In this document: in pieces, positions 29,573-39,557 of the stretch
Layout of the letters: the number at the start of each line of letters is the position of its first letter
Position numbering within the stretch: position 1 is the stretch's first letter
Assembly: GCA_018812705.1 (NCBI GenBank)
Contig: JAHJCZ010000028.1
Coordinates: forward strand, 11,092-75,091
Direction of reading: 5' to 3'
Origin: Candidatus Omnitrophota bacterium
GTDB taxonomy: Bacteria > Omnitrophota > Gorgyraeia > Zapsychrales > Zapsychraceae
Length of the DNA: 64,000 bases
Program-made: the position numbers and the translations under genes
Notes under the pieces: generated by a model
Seen by the model: the letters and a program-made list of their open reading frames with translations, nothing else
Databases searched by the model: none
What the model was told of the DNA's origin: nothing

Positions 29573-30346
29573 TTATGTAACATGACCAAACACAAGTTTT
29601 TCGCCATCCGTAATAGGTCCTTTTGCATCCCCGTTGATGAACTGCCTTACGACAGGATGCGTTGCTTGCTGTATCTCTTGTGGCGTACCCTCAGCAATCA
29701 CTTGTCCTGAATATATCATCGCTATTTTATCAGCTACCTTATATGCTGAATTCATATCATGAGTAACAACAATTGAAGTTACATCCAGCTTATTTCTTAG
29801 CTCCACTATTAAGCTATTGATCGCATCAGCTGTTATTGGATCAACTCCCGTTGTTGGCTCATCATAAAAAATCACTTCAGGCCCCATGCATAAAACACGG
29901 GCCAGACTAACTCTTTTTTTCATCCCGCCGCTTAATTCAGATGGCATCATATCTTCAACACCTTGCAACCCTACCAAAGCCAAACTTTCTTCGATCTTTT
30001 TATTAACTGCCCTTTTGTCTAATTTCATAAATTCATTTAGAACAAAAGATACATTTTCAGCAACATTCATAGAATCAAAAAGCGCCCCACCTTGAAAAAC
30101 CATACCGATTTTCATTCGGATCTTGTTATATTCCTTTTCAGGCAGATCAGTCACTTCAACGCCATCTATCTTTATAGAACCTGAGTCAGGGATCAATATC
30201 CCTATAATACTTTTTAAAAGGACACTCTTTCCAACACCAGATCGTCCAATAATAACCTTGGTCTGACCTTTTTCAATTGTCAAATTAACATCTTTTAGAA
30301 CAACATTTTCGCCAAAAGATTTATTTAGATTTACAATTTCAATCAT
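29573..30346 (-). CDS. mlaF: MlaF/Ttg2A-type ABC ATPase
   Basis: GRSGVGKS, FQGGALFDS, ELSGGMKKRV and YDEPTTG motifs. Confidence 0.92.
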   Translation of the reverse strand: MIEIVNLNKSFGENVVLKDVNLTIEKGQTKVIIGRSGVGKSVLLKSIIGILIPDSGSIKIDGVEVTDLPEKEYNKIRMKIGMVFQGGALFDSMNVAENVSFVLNEFMKLDKRAVNKKIEESLALVGLQGVEDMMPSELSGGMKKRVSLARVLCMGPEVIFYDEPTTGVDPITADAINSLIVELRNKLDVTSIVVTHDMNSAYKVADKIAMIYSGQVIAEGTPQEIQQATHPVVRQFINGDAKGPITDGEKLVFGHVT

Positions 30347-30443
30347 TTAAGGGTCATTCTTTAATTTTTAAATTTAGTTTGTCTTGTTATTTTCCATTAA
30401 TTCACAAAGTATTCGCAAATTAATTCAATAATGATCCCTAAAT
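30345..30443. repeat. Imperfect inverted repeat spanning the mlaE-mlaF spacer (GGGTCA variant)
   Basis: ATTTAAGGGTCATT (30345-30358) versus AATGATCCCTAAAT (30430-30443), 12/14 complementary, around an AT-rich core. Confidence 0.45.
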
Positions 30444-31193
30444 ATTCCAAATAAAATAAAACATTGTAGTGAATAAACAATCTGCCATTATGATAAGAAT
30501 GAACGAAACAACTACAGATTGTGTCGTGGCTTTTCCTACCCCTTCTGCCCCGCTATCAACATTCAGTCCTTGATGACATCCTACCAAAGCAATAATCGCA
30601 CCAAAAACAATCGTTTTGCATAAACCAGTCAAAATATCCTTAGCTGTCAAAGACTGTATCACCATCGACCAATACAAAGAAGGGCTTAAGAACAACTTGT
30701 ATACACAAATAACAAATCCTCCTAATATCCCGATAACATCAGCGAAAATAGTCAACACTGGCAACATTATCACTAGTGCTAGAAACCGTGGGACGACCAA
30801 ATACTTGACAGGATTGACTGCAAATGCTTTTAAGGCATCAACTTGCTCCGTTACTGTCATCGTTCCTAGCTCAGCTGTCATTCCTGCCCCAACTCTTCCT
30901 GCTACAATTAAAGCAGTCAAGACAGGGGCCAACTCCCTCGTTATCGATATTGCAACAATGCTTGGAATATAAATTTCTGCTGACAGCTCAACCATTTGAT
31001 ATGCCATCTGCAAAGACATGATAATTCCGATAAAAAAAGCGACCAACGAAGCAATAAAAAAACTTTCTGGCCCAACGCGTTTTGATTGAGTTAATATTCT
31101 ATTGAATTTAAAAGGCGGAACAAAAACCCAATAAAAGGTTCTTCCGCCAAGAAGCGATAACTCCCCAATATAACTTATGAAACGATAGACCAT
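30438..31193 (-). CDS. mlaE: MlaE/Ttg2B-type ABC permease
   Basis: RELAPVL, GRVGAGMTAELGTM, EQVDAL, VVPR and GAEGVGKATT motifs. Confidence 0.93.
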   Translation of the reverse strand: MVYRFISYIGELSLLGGRTFYWVFVPPFKFNRILTQSKRVGPESFFIASLVAFFIGIIMSLQMAYQMVELSAEIYIPSIVAISITRELAPVLTALIVAGRVGAGMTAELGTMTVTEQVDALKAFAVNPVKYLVVPRFLALVIMLPVLTIFADVIGILGGFVICVYKLFLSPSLYWSMVIQSLTAKDILTGLCKTIVFGAIIALVGCHQGLNVDSGAEGVGKATTQSVVVSFILIIMADCLFTTMFYFIWNI

Positions 31194-31227
31194 AATATTA
31201 TTAAGCTATCTCATTAACTAAATATTG

Positions 31228-32208
31228 TTAAAAACTAATCCGTCTCTCTACGCCTAAAACTCCTGTATCTTCATTTGATAACAAACCAGAAATAGGATTA
31301 TTTTGAAGGAAATACTTTAGCTCTGTTGTACCAGAGCTCCCTTTTTCTTTGTTGTATTTTTTTATCGTCCATTCGAGGCCAGAATCTGCTCCCCTAACAT
31401 CCAGCATGAAAGTAAGCTCTTTTATCTGCTTCTTAAAATTTTCTTTATCACTCAGGTCTATAGGCCCACTAAAAGTAAAACTAAATCCATCTTTTTCTGC
31501 TATTGATGAATCAAAAACTTCAAGCTTAGGATAAACACCATTAACATTAATATAAAGGCTGTTAAATTTAATTTTCTTTATAAACCCATCGTGACTTTCT
31601 AGCCTGCCTTTTAAAAATAATTTGCTAAGATTTCCTGCAACACCGATCGTTCCCGATACAAGCCCGCCAGAATCATCCTTTCTGTCTATCATCCAGAAAT
31701 CCAGAAAGTCATTCATCTCTATCATCGCTAAATTGAAAGCCAAATCTACATTATAAGGACTATCTAGATCAATAAAACCATTACAAGACACTTTGCCGAA
31801 AGAGAAAGACCTTAAATACAACTTATTGTTCTTCAATTCAAACTGACCAGTAAGCTCTCTTATCGGCTTATAGTTGAGCAGTGTATAATCACTCCAAATT
31901 TTCCCGAAAATAGCACCAATAGCATTCTTTTCTTTACCTGAAAATTCAATTAGTCCCCTGATCTCAGTTGATATATCAAATTGAAAAGCTTTAAAGTGCT
32001 CAGCGTCAAATAGCACGGATAGCTCTTTATCATCCCGCATTTCGCTCTTAACAATGATCGTCCCTCGGTCAAAGAAATCAAGATTGAATTCTATCTGCTC
32101 TTTATCAACATCAACTCTACCATCAAAAGAAAAAACATCTTTCGAGAATGAATTGACAGGGAAAAAGAGGCAAATGCCCAGAACGAATATTGTTATTTTG
32201 CATTTCAT
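31228..32208 (-). CDS. Exported beta-rich hypothetical protein (AsmA/TamB-like?), ends in Phe
   Basis: Signal peptide, alternating hydrophobic beta-strand pattern with Gly turns, C-terminus VLGVERRISF. Confidence 0.7.
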   Translation of the reverse strand: MKCKITIFVLGICLFFPVNSFSKDVFSFDGRVDVDKEQIEFNLDFFDRGTIIVKSEMRDDKELSVLFDAEHFKAFQFDISTEIRGLIEFSGKEKNAIGAIFGKIWSDYTLLNYKPIRELTGQFELKNNKLYLRSFSFGKVSCNGFIDLDSPYNVDLAFNLAMIEMNDFLDFWMIDRKDDSGGLVSGTIGVAGNLSKLFLKGRLESHDGFIKKIKFNSLYINVNGVYPKLEVFDSSIAEKDGFSFTFSGPIDLSDKENFKKQIKELTFMLDVRGADSGLEWTIKKYNKEKGSSGTTELKYFLQNNPISGLLSNEDTGVLGVERRISF

Positions 32209-32213
32209 TTATA

Positions 32214-34631
32214 TCATTCAAAAACAATAATATCCTTGCTCCTGACCGCTTTAATTTTACTTCCTTCTGTGAACTTCCCAGAAATAATATCTTCTGAAAG
32301 AGGATCTTCTACCAATCGTTGGATCGTTCTCTTTAAAGGCCTTGCTCCATAGACAGGATCAAAACCCTTTTCAATCAGCAAAGCTACCGCTTCTTCATTG
32401 ATCTCCATATCAATGCCTTTATCTTTTAATCTACCCAAAACGTATGCTATTTCAATTTTAACGATCTCATGAAGATTTTCTTTTGTAAGAGATTGAAATA
32501 CTATAATATCGTCAACCCTGTTCAAGAACTCTGGTTTAAACGTATTTTTGACCTCAACAAGAAGACGTGATTTCATGTTTTCATATGAGGCCTCTTGTGC
32601 TTGTACCGCAAAACCAAGAGAGCCTTGTTTTCGCAACATGTCCGCACCAACATTAGAGGTCATAAGAATTATCGTATTTCTAAAATCAACTTTTCTACCC
32701 AAACTATCCGTCAACCTTCCTTCTTCAAATACTTGCAAAAGCAGATTAAAAACATCTGGGTGAGCTTTTTCGATCTCATCCAGAAGCACGACAGAATATG
32801 GTTTTCTTCTTACTTTTTCGGTTAACTGTCCACCCTCTTCATAACCCACATATCCTGGAGGTGCACCAATTAAACGAGAAACATTGAACTTGTCCATGTA
32901 TTCAGACATATCTATCTGCAATAAAGCATCTTTTCCACCGAACATAAACTCAGCCAAAGCTTGTGCCAAAAGTGTTTTTCCAACACCAGTAGGCCCTAAG
33001 AACACAAAAGAACCGATCGGCCTCTTAGGATCCTTAATACCTGCTCTAGAGCGCCTTACTGCACGTGCAATAGCACTGATAGCTTCTTTTTGACCAACGA
33101 CAACCTGATTTATCTGGTCTTCCATATTTAACAACTTCTGGCTTTCTTTTTGCTCCAATCTTACAAGAGGCACTTTTGTCCATTGTGAAACAACCTTAGC
33201 TATATCTTCATACCCGATAACTATAGTTATTTTATCTCTTTCTTCAGTCCAATCTTTTCTTATCTGCTCAAGTTTGTTCCTTGTTTCTCGCTCTTGATCC
33301 CTCATATTCGCAGCTTTTTCAAAATCTTGGATTTTGATATAGTCTTCTTTTTGCTCTTTCAATTTTTCAATTTCAGCCTCTAGGTCTTTAAGTCCAGGAG
33401 GTGCGACCATTGCCTTCAGACGTGCCCTTGAACCAGCTTCATCTAAAATATCAACAGCCTTGTCAGGCAGAGCTCTTCCTGAAATATATCTTTCAGAAAG
33501 TTTAACTGCGGCATCTAAAGATTCATCAGAAAACTGCACTCTATGATGTGCTTCGTATCTATCCCTTAATCCTTTAAGTATCTGAATAGCTTGATCCACT
33601 GAGGGAGGATCTACCATTATTGTTTGAAATCTTCTTTCTAAAGCCGCATCTTTCTCAATGTGCTTGCGATACTCATCTAAAGTAGTAGCACCAATACACT
33701 GGATCTCTCCACGTGATAAAGCCGGCTTTAAGATATTTGCAGCATCAATAGCACCTTCGGCTGCACCAGCACCAACTAATGTATGAAGCTCATCAATAAA
33801 AAGTATCAAGTTACCTGAACGCCTGATCTCATCCATGATAGCTTTGATCCTTTCCTCAAATTGACCTCTATATTTAGTTCCGGCTATCATAAGCGCTAAA
33901 TCTAAAACAACAATTGTCTTATCTCTAAGGATTTCTGGCACATCTCCTTTAACAACTAGCTGAGCTAACCCTTCAACAATAGCCGTCTTTCCAACACCAG
34001 CTTCACCTAACAACACAGGATTGTTCTTTGTTCTACGACTTAAGATCTGAACTATTCTCTCTATTTCTTCCTCTCGACCAATTACAGGATCTAATTTTCC
34101 ATCTCTAGCTAACTTATTAAGATTGCGTCCATAAGCATCGATCGCAGGGGTTTTGTTTGTTTTTTCCTGCTCTTGTGTATTGAATCCAGGAATACCCGAG
34201 CCTAATAGCTCCATAACTTCAGTTCGCAACTTACCAAGATCCAAACCTAAATTAAGTAAAACCCTGTAGGCCATTCCTTCTCCCTCTTTTACCAATCCTA
34301 AAAGAAGATGCTCTGTTCCAATATAGTTATGGCCAAGAGCCCTTGCTTCTTCTGCAGATAGCTCAAGAGCTTTCTTAGACCTTGGAGTGAAAGGAATATC
34401 CCCCATTACCTGGGTTTGAGGACCTGGCTGAACTAATTTTTCAACTTCAATTCTAATAGTCTCCAGATCAAGGCTTACTTTCTGTAACACTGCGGCTGCA
34501 ACACCCTCACCTTCACGAACCAAACCAAGCAAAAGATGCTCTGTTCCAATATAATCATGATTAAACCTTCTTGCTTCTTCTTTGGCGTAAACAATTACTT
34601 TTCTTGCTCTTTCCGTAAATCTATTGAACAT
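32214..34631 (-). CDS. clpC: ATP-dependent Clp protease ATP-binding subunit ClpC
   Basis: MFNRFTERA start, double Clp-N domain, [11 protein letters not shown] coil and GPTGVGKT; follows mcsA-mcsB. Confidence 0.98.
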   Translation of the reverse strand: MFNRFTERARKVIVYAKEEARRFNHDYIGTEHLLLGLVREGEGVAAAVLQKVSLDLETIRIEVEKLVQPGPQTQVMGDIPFTPRSKKALELSAEEARALGHNYIGTEHLLLGLVKEGEGMAYRVLLNLGLDLGKLRTEVMELLGSGIPGFNTQEQEKTNKTPAIDAYGRNLNKLARDGKLDPVIGREEEIERIVQILSRRTKNNPVLLGEAGVGKTAIVEGLAQLVVKGDVPEILRDKTIVVLDLALMIAGTKYRGQFEERIKAIMDEIRRSGNLILFIDELHTLVGAGAAEGAIDAANILKPALSRGEIQCIGATTLDEYRKHIEKDAALERRFQTIMVDPPSVDQAIQILKGLRDRYEAHHRVQFSDESLDAAVKLSERYISGRALPDKAVDILDEAGSRARLKAMVAPPGLKDLEAEIEKLKEQKEDYIKIQDFEKAANMRDQERETRNKLEQIRKDWTEERDKITIVIGYEDIAKVVSQWTKVPLVRLEQKESQKLLNMEDQINQVVVGQKEAISAIARAVRRSRAGIKDPKRPIGSFVFLGPTGVGKTLLAQALAEFMFGGKDALLQIDMSEYMDKFNVSRLIGAPPGYVGYEEGGQLTEKVRRKPYSVVLLDEIEKAHPDVFNLLLQVFEEGRLTDSLGRKVDFRNTIILMTSNVGADMLRKQGSLGFAVQAQEASYENMKSRLLVEVKNTFKPEFLNRVDDIIVFQSLTKENLHEIVKIEIAYVLGRLKDKGIDMEINEEAVALLIEKGFDPVYGARPLKRTIQRLVEDPLSEDIISGKFTEGSKIKAVRSKDIIVFE

Positions 34632-35686
34632 TATTTTTCCCCTCCCAATTTTTCCCTAATTAGTTTTGCTCTTTTTATATCTCTGTCTGCAACTAATAAT
34701 TTTTTTCCTTCTAGCTTTTGTAAATGTGCAGGTTGTATCATTATGAATAGTTCATTAATGATACCTCTATCTAGGTCTTTTATTATTTCAAGATCTATCC
34801 CTAATCGAACCATAGATAACATTTCAACTGTTTCTTGACTCGATATTATATGTGCATTTTTCAATACTCCAAAAGACCGGAATATCTTATCTTCAAGCAT
34901 AGGTTTATTCTGTAACAGCAAAGCTTGTCGAGCCTGTTCTTCTTGATCAATAACTTGACGTATAAGCCCATCAATATTCTGGATTATTTCCTTCTCGCTG
35001 TGCCCCAAGGATACTTGATTAGATATCTGATAGAAATTACCGCTAGCTTGAGTCCCCTCGCCATAAAAACCGCGAGAAGCAAAATTCAGCTTTGATACTG
35101 CTGCTAAGACTTTATTAACTTGTTTTGTCATAACTAGAGCAGGCAGATGCAACATTACTGAACCACGCATTGCCGTCCCAGTATTTGTTGGGCAAGCAGT
35201 TAAATATCCCCATTTAGATGAATAGGCAAAAGCCAGTTTCGCGGCTAATTGATCATCAATTGAGTTTGCTACTTCCCATGTATCGCTCAAATTCAATCCT
35301 GACTGCATAACTTGGATCCTAAGATGGTCCTCTTCATTGATCATAACAGCAAGCCCTTCTTCCTTGGAAAAAACCAAAGCTTTCCCTTCAGTGTTGACAG
35401 CATGATCATGGCTCATCAAATGACGTTCAATTAGAAATTGTTTCTCAATATTGTCTAGCTCGCTAATTTTAAAGAACATTGAACCCTTGAACAGATCAAT
35501 ACTGTCCATAGCTCCTTTAATTTCGGACAATATGTCAGTTAACTCTTTTTTTCTTGCTTTATTAGGAAACGGCTTAAGCATTAAGTTGCGTGCTAATCGG
35601 ATCCGAGAAGACATAACAATGTCAGAATGAGCCCCCGTTCCCTTCAGCCATTCTCCCTTGTTGTTAATAAAATCATTAAATTCCAT
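34631..35686 (-). CDS. mcsB: Protein arginine kinase McsB
   Basis: [21 protein letters not shown] and YQISNQ motifs. Start 35686 lies just after the mcsA stop. Confidence 0.95.
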   Translation of the reverse strand: MEFNDFINNKGEWLKGTGAHSDIVMSSRIRLARNLMLKPFPNKARKKELTDILSEIKGAMDSIDLFKGSMFFKISELDNIEKQFLIERHLMSHDHAVNTEGKALVFSKEEGLAVMINEEDHLRIQVMQSGLNLSDTWEVANSIDDQLAAKLAFAYSSKWGYLTACPTNTGTAMRGSVMLHLPALVMTKQVNKVLAAVSKLNFASRGFYGEGTQASGNFYQISNQVSLGHSEKEIIQNIDGLIRQVIDQEEQARQALLLQNKPMLEDKIFRSFGVLKNAHIISSQETVEMLSMVRLGIDLEIIKDLDRGIINELFIMIQPAHLQKLEGKKLLVADRDIKRAKLIREKLGGEK

Positions 35687-35687
35687 T

Positions 35688-36191
35688 TTAATTACCATCT
35701 TTCTTTTCAATTTCATGGATTTTATCTCTTAGCTTTGCCGCTAATTCAAAATCTTCTACTCCAATAGCTTCCAGTAATTGCTGCTTGAATCCTTGAAGGT
35801 CATCAACTTTTATTTCCCCTTTTGCCTCAGTAAAATCAACAGGGCCTTTTCCAGAATGACGATTGGATCCATGGATCTTTTTTAGCAAAGTAGATAAATG
35901 AACTTTAAAGGAATCATAACACTGGCTACAACCTAATCTTCCTAATTTCCTAAAATCATCATAACTTAAGCCGCAGTTAGAACATTTTAAATCAGCTTTC
36001 TCAACATCCTTTACTTGTTTCCCAAAATCAGACAATCCTGCAAGTAAATCTGCTAATCCAAACTGTTGCTCCATCTGGACGCTCTTTTCCTTTGCACAAG
36101 ATTCACATAGATGCATCTCGGACATTTGCTCATCGATGATCTCTGTTAAATGCACAGTAGCTTTCTTCTTACAACAAATATCACAAAGCAT
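35688..36191 (-). CDS. mcsA: McsA, CxxC/UVR-domain activator of McsB
   Basis: Four CxxC motifs, GRLGC..CY and UVR motif EDFELAAKLRD. Confidence 0.95.
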   Translation of the reverse strand: MLCDICCKKKATVHLTEIIDEQMSEMHLCESCAKEKSVQMEQQFGLADLLAGLSDFGKQVKDVEKADLKCSNCGLSYDDFRKLGRLGCSQCYDSFKVHLSTLLKKIHGSNRHSGKGPVDFTEAKGEIKVDDLQGFKQQLLEAIGVEDFELAAKLRDKIHEIEKKDGN

Positions 36192-37089
36192 AATGACTCC
36201 CTATTCTCTTTCTGTGGCTTTTTACTAATATTTTACACCATCGTTTTTTGTTACTACTTGAAACATTTTCAGCATCTTCTTGGTTATTGCCCCCCGGCTT
36301 ACCATTTCCAATACGCCTGCCATCAACCTTGACTACAGGAATGATCTCAGCAGCAGTTCCCGTCAGAAAACACTCCTCTGATGTATAAACTTCATGTCTC
36401 GTGATCTGGCATTCTTTTGTTTTTATTTTTGTCTTTTGGGCATACTTAAGAACGACATCTCTTGTGATCCCCTTCAATCCTCCTTGACTTGGAGTTGAAA
36501 GGACCCCATTTTTGAAAATAAAAATGTTGTCTCCTGTACATTCTGCAACATACCCTTGATGATCTAACATGATAGCTTCGCTATAACCTGAATTGCCAGC
36601 TTCTATCTTTGCTAAAATGTTGTTCAAATAATTTAAGGATTTTAGCTGAGGATTCAGAGCCTCAGGATTATTCCTTATTGTAGGAACTGTGATTATCTCC
36701 ATTCCATTTTGATAAAGTTCTTTTGGATAAAGTGTTATCTTATCAGTAATTATAATGATACCTGCAGAACCTATGCACTTTTTGGGATCCAATCCAAGGT
36801 CTCCTTCTCCGCGCGTTATAAGAACCCTAATGTATGCATCTTTCAATTTATTCTTTTTCAAGGTATCAACAATAAGTTGCATCATTTGCTTTTTTGTAAG
36901 AGGAACTTCTATCATAAGCGTATGAATTGTTTCATACAATCTATCGACATGTTCTTTTAACTTAAAAACAACGCTATTATAAGACCTTATTCCTTCAAAA
37001 GCCCCATCGCCATAAAGAAGCCCATGATCAAAAACAGAAACTTTTGCATCTTGTTTTTCAACAAATTTTCCATTTACATAAACTTTCAT
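36181..37089 (-). CDS. ilvE: Branched-chain amino acid aminotransferase; last ~20 codons frameshifted as assembled
   Basis: DHGLLYGDGAFEG, KSLNYLN, ECTGDN, GITR and GTAAEI motifs. Deleting one G at 36290-36295 gives a normal end KPGAITKKMLKMFQVVTKNDGVKY with stop at 36225. Confidence 0.95.
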   Translation of the reverse strand: MKVYVNGKFVEKQDAKVSVFDHGLLYGDGAFEGIRSYNSVVFKLKEHVDRLYETIHTLMIEVPLTKKQMMQLIVDTLKKNKLKDAYIRVLITRGEGDLGLDPKKCIGSAGIIIITDKITLYPKELYQNGMEIITVPTIRNNPEALNPQLKSLNYLNNILAKIEAGNSGYSEAIMLDHQGYVAECTGDNIFIFKNGVLSTPSQGGLKGITRDVVLKYAQKTKIKTKECQITRHEVYTSEECFLTGTAAEIIPVVKVDGRRIGNGKPGGNNQEDAENVSSSNKKRWCKILVKSHRKRIGSHYAL

Positions 37090-37118
37090 AAAATCCTCAC
37101 CTTTTTTATTTTTTATAA

Positions 37119-37790
37119 CTAAATTAATATTCCATCCCGCATATGAATTACTTTCGGCGATATTTTTGCGATATCGTCATCATGCGTGACAACAACTACA
37201 GATTGATTATTTTTCTGATTTAATTGCAACAACAGATCAATAACATTTTTTCCACTTTCTGAATCCAAATTACCAGTAGGCTCATCACAAAGTATCAACT
37301 TAGGGCCATTTATCAATGCCCTTGCTATTGCGACCCTTTGCTGTTCGCCGCCAGACAATTGGTTTGGCTTATGATCAACTCTTTTTTCCAAACCAACCAA
37401 AGCCAAAAGCTCTCGGCCTTTTTCTTTTAACTTATTGTTCACCTGACGATTTTCTTTTACAAGCAAAGGTAGCATAACATTCTCTAAAGCAGTGAACTCA
37501 CCTAAAAGATGATAGAACTGAAACACAAAACCAATTTTGTTATTTCTGACCTTAGCTCTTTGAGTATCTGTTAATTTATATATATCTTCATCCTCAACAA
37601 TAACAACTCCATCGCTAGGCTTGTCCAAACATCCTAAAATATGAAGTAAAGTTGACTTACCGGCGCCTGAAGGCCCTACTATCGAAACAAATTCACCTTT
37701 TTCGACCTCAAGATCAATTCCTTTTAAGACATCAAAAGAACTTGCTGCATGATCGTAAGTTTTTTTTATATTTTTAGCTTTTAGTAACAT
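37119..37790 (-). CDS. lolD: Lipoprotein-releasing ABC transporter ATPase
   Basis: GPSGAGKST, GFVFQFYHLL, LSGGEQQRVA and DEPTGNLD motifs. Confidence 0.9.
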   Translation of the reverse strand: MLLKAKNIKKTYDHAASSFDVLKGIDLEVEKGEFVSIVGPSGAGKSTLLHILGCLDKPSDGVVIVEDEDIYKLTDTQRAKVRNNKIGFVFQFYHLLGEFTALENVMLPLLVKENRQVNNKLKEKGRELLALVGLEKRVDHKPNQLSGGEQQRVAIARALINGPKLILCDEPTGNLDSESGKNVIDLLLQLNQKNNQSVVVVTHDDDIAKISPKVIHMRDGILI

Positions 37791-37793
37791 TAA

Positions 37794-38987
37794 TTATTCA
37801 TATCTCAATGCTTCTACTGGTTCTAAACTAGCTGCCTTTGCTGCAGGATATATCGTAGCTAAATAACTGATTATCAAAGCAGCAGCAACAATAACAAACA
37901 TATCAAACATTTGTAATTCAACGGGGACATGATCTATCGAGTAGATCTCTTTAGGGACCTTCACATAATTTTTTAAAATATAACTAATTGAAACGCCTAA
38001 TAGCACACCCCAAAAAGTACCCAAGCTCCCGATAAAAAGACCTTGTTTAATAAAAATCCTACGAATAGACTTTTTTGTAACTCCAATAGATTTTAATATT
38101 CCAATATCATGGATCTTGCTTGTAACAGTAACTACTAATGTGCTTATAATATTAAAAGATGCAACAATTACCATTAGGGTCAAGATTATGAACAAGCCCC
38201 ATTTCTCTAGGAACAAAGCATCAAAAAGATTTCTATTGCTATCTATCCAAGTTTTTACGATATAACCATACCCTATTAAATTATAAATTTTTTCTTTAAC
38301 CTCTTCTGACTGATTAGGGTTCTGCAATTTAACCCCTATGCCAGTTGAAAATCCTTCAGGCAATCCAAATATTTCTTGAGCTTTAATTATATCAATTGCA
38401 ATGACATTCATATCATAATCTGCCATACCGGTCGTAAAAATGCCTGAAATTTTGAATTTATATCTCCATCCTTGCCCGGACAACCCAGAGCTGGGAGATA
38501 TAAGAGTGATCTCGTCTCCTGGAGAATAACCAAAATACCTTGCTAACTCACTACCAATTATTACATTGTCACCTTTAAGTTCCTTAAGGTCTCCTTTTAT
38601 CAAGTACTGACTGATCTTTGTTACTTTATCTTCTTTTATTGCATCAATTCCACGAACAACCAATCCAATTGCCTGTCCTGAGCTCTCAAGGAATATATTA
38701 CCCTGAACGTATGGCGCTGAATTTTCTACTTCAGCAATATTACTTATATTCTTTTGGATCGCAGAATAATTCTCGATAGTAGTTTCCTTCTCGATCATAA
38801 TATGAGGCGTGGTGCCTATTATCTTCTCTCTCAAATTATTACCAAAACCAGTCATAACACCAATTACAATGATCAATGCCATAACGCCAATAGCAACACC
38901 AGCTATAGAGATAACGTTCAGAAAGGTTAAAAAGCGCCCTTTACTTGCTATTAAATACCGATAACTAATCCAATTTTCGTAACCCAA
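37794..38987 (-). CDS. lolC: Lipoprotein-releasing ABC transporter permease LolC/LolE (single copy)
   Basis: GVAIGVMALIIVIGVMTGF, VASFNIIS and YPAAKAASLEPVEALRYE motifs; TTG start with AAGGA RBS. Confidence 0.9.
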   Translation of the reverse strand: MGYENWISYRYLIASKGRFLTFLNVISIAGVAIGVMALIIVIGVMTGFGNNLREKIIGTTPHIMIEKETTIENYSAIQKNISNIAEVENSAPYVQGNIFLESSGQAIGLVVRGIDAIKEDKVTKISQYLIKGDLKELKGDNVIIGSELARYFGYSPGDEITLISPSSGLSGQGWRYKFKISGIFTTGMADYDMNVIAIDIIKAQEIFGLPEGFSTGIGVKLQNPNQSEEVKEKIYNLIGYGYIVKTWIDSNRNLFDALFLEKWGLFIILTLMVIVASFNIISTLVVTVTSKIHDIGILKSIGVTKKSIRRIFIKQGLFIGSLGTFWGVLLGVSISYILKNYVKVPKEIYSIDHVPVELQMFDMFVIVAAALIISYLATIYPAAKAASLEPVEALRYE

Positions 38988-39036
38988 AATTATCCTTTAC
39001 TCAAGAAAATCGCTACGCGATAACTTATGATTTTTA

Positions 39037-39072
39037 TGCAGCCGGGAAAGTTTTATACTTTCCTGTGCTGTG
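39037..39072. other. Intergenic hairpin between ybjN-like gene and lolC
   Basis: TGCAGC-CGGGAAAG [TTTTATA] CTTTCCTG-T-GCTGTG gives 14 pairs including 3 G-T, with one bulged T. No downstream U-tract on either strand. Confidence 0.5.
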
Positions 39073-39077
39073 AAAGA

Positions 39078-39485
39078 CTATAAAAGCACTTGATTTCTAT
39101 CTTTGCCTATTGAAGCAGAAACTTGAGAAACAAAACTTCTGTATGAAGCCATGACATTCTTTACTAAAGCCCCACCTTCAATCCAAATATCATATTCAAT
39201 AGTTATAACTTTTTCGCCTGCTATCGCTTTTATTTGGATCAGCTCTTTATTAATAACATTTGCGTAATCCAAAACGTCAGAAAACAAACAGCCTTCTTTG
39301 AGATTAAAATAAACTCCCAAAGTGATATTAGCTTTCTTCTTGCCAATATCTATAAATATCCTGAATTTATCCTGGATAAACAAACTGCCTTTGTCATCTA
39401 AAGAAGTTTGAAAATAAGCTTTATCAAAATAGGCCATCAGTAGATCCCGGGAAACATTATTTTGATCAATAATTTCATCTTTCAT
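39078..39485 (-). CDS. YbjN-domain protein (T3SS chaperone-like fold)
   Basis: 135 aa with the YANVINKELIQIKA and EYDIWIEGG pattern typical of YbjN-like proteins. Confidence 0.65.
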   Translation of the reverse strand: MKDEIIDQNNVSRDLLMAYFDKAYFQTSLDDKGSLFIQDKFRIFIDIGKKKANITLGVYFNLKEGCLFSDVLDYANVINKELIQIKAIAGEKVITIEYDIWIEGGALVKNVMASYRSFVSQVSASIGKDRNQVLL

Positions 39486-39557
39486 AAAATTCGATTCCTT
39501 TCTTTAGCATTGCTTTATAAAAAATAATTATTTCGACTATTAATAATATATTACAAT

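Noticed and set aside
39037-39072. attC-like site (hairpin with extrahelical base) after the ybjN-like gene
   Set aside because: It lacks RYYYAAC/GTTRRRY ends, and there is no integrase or cassette array.
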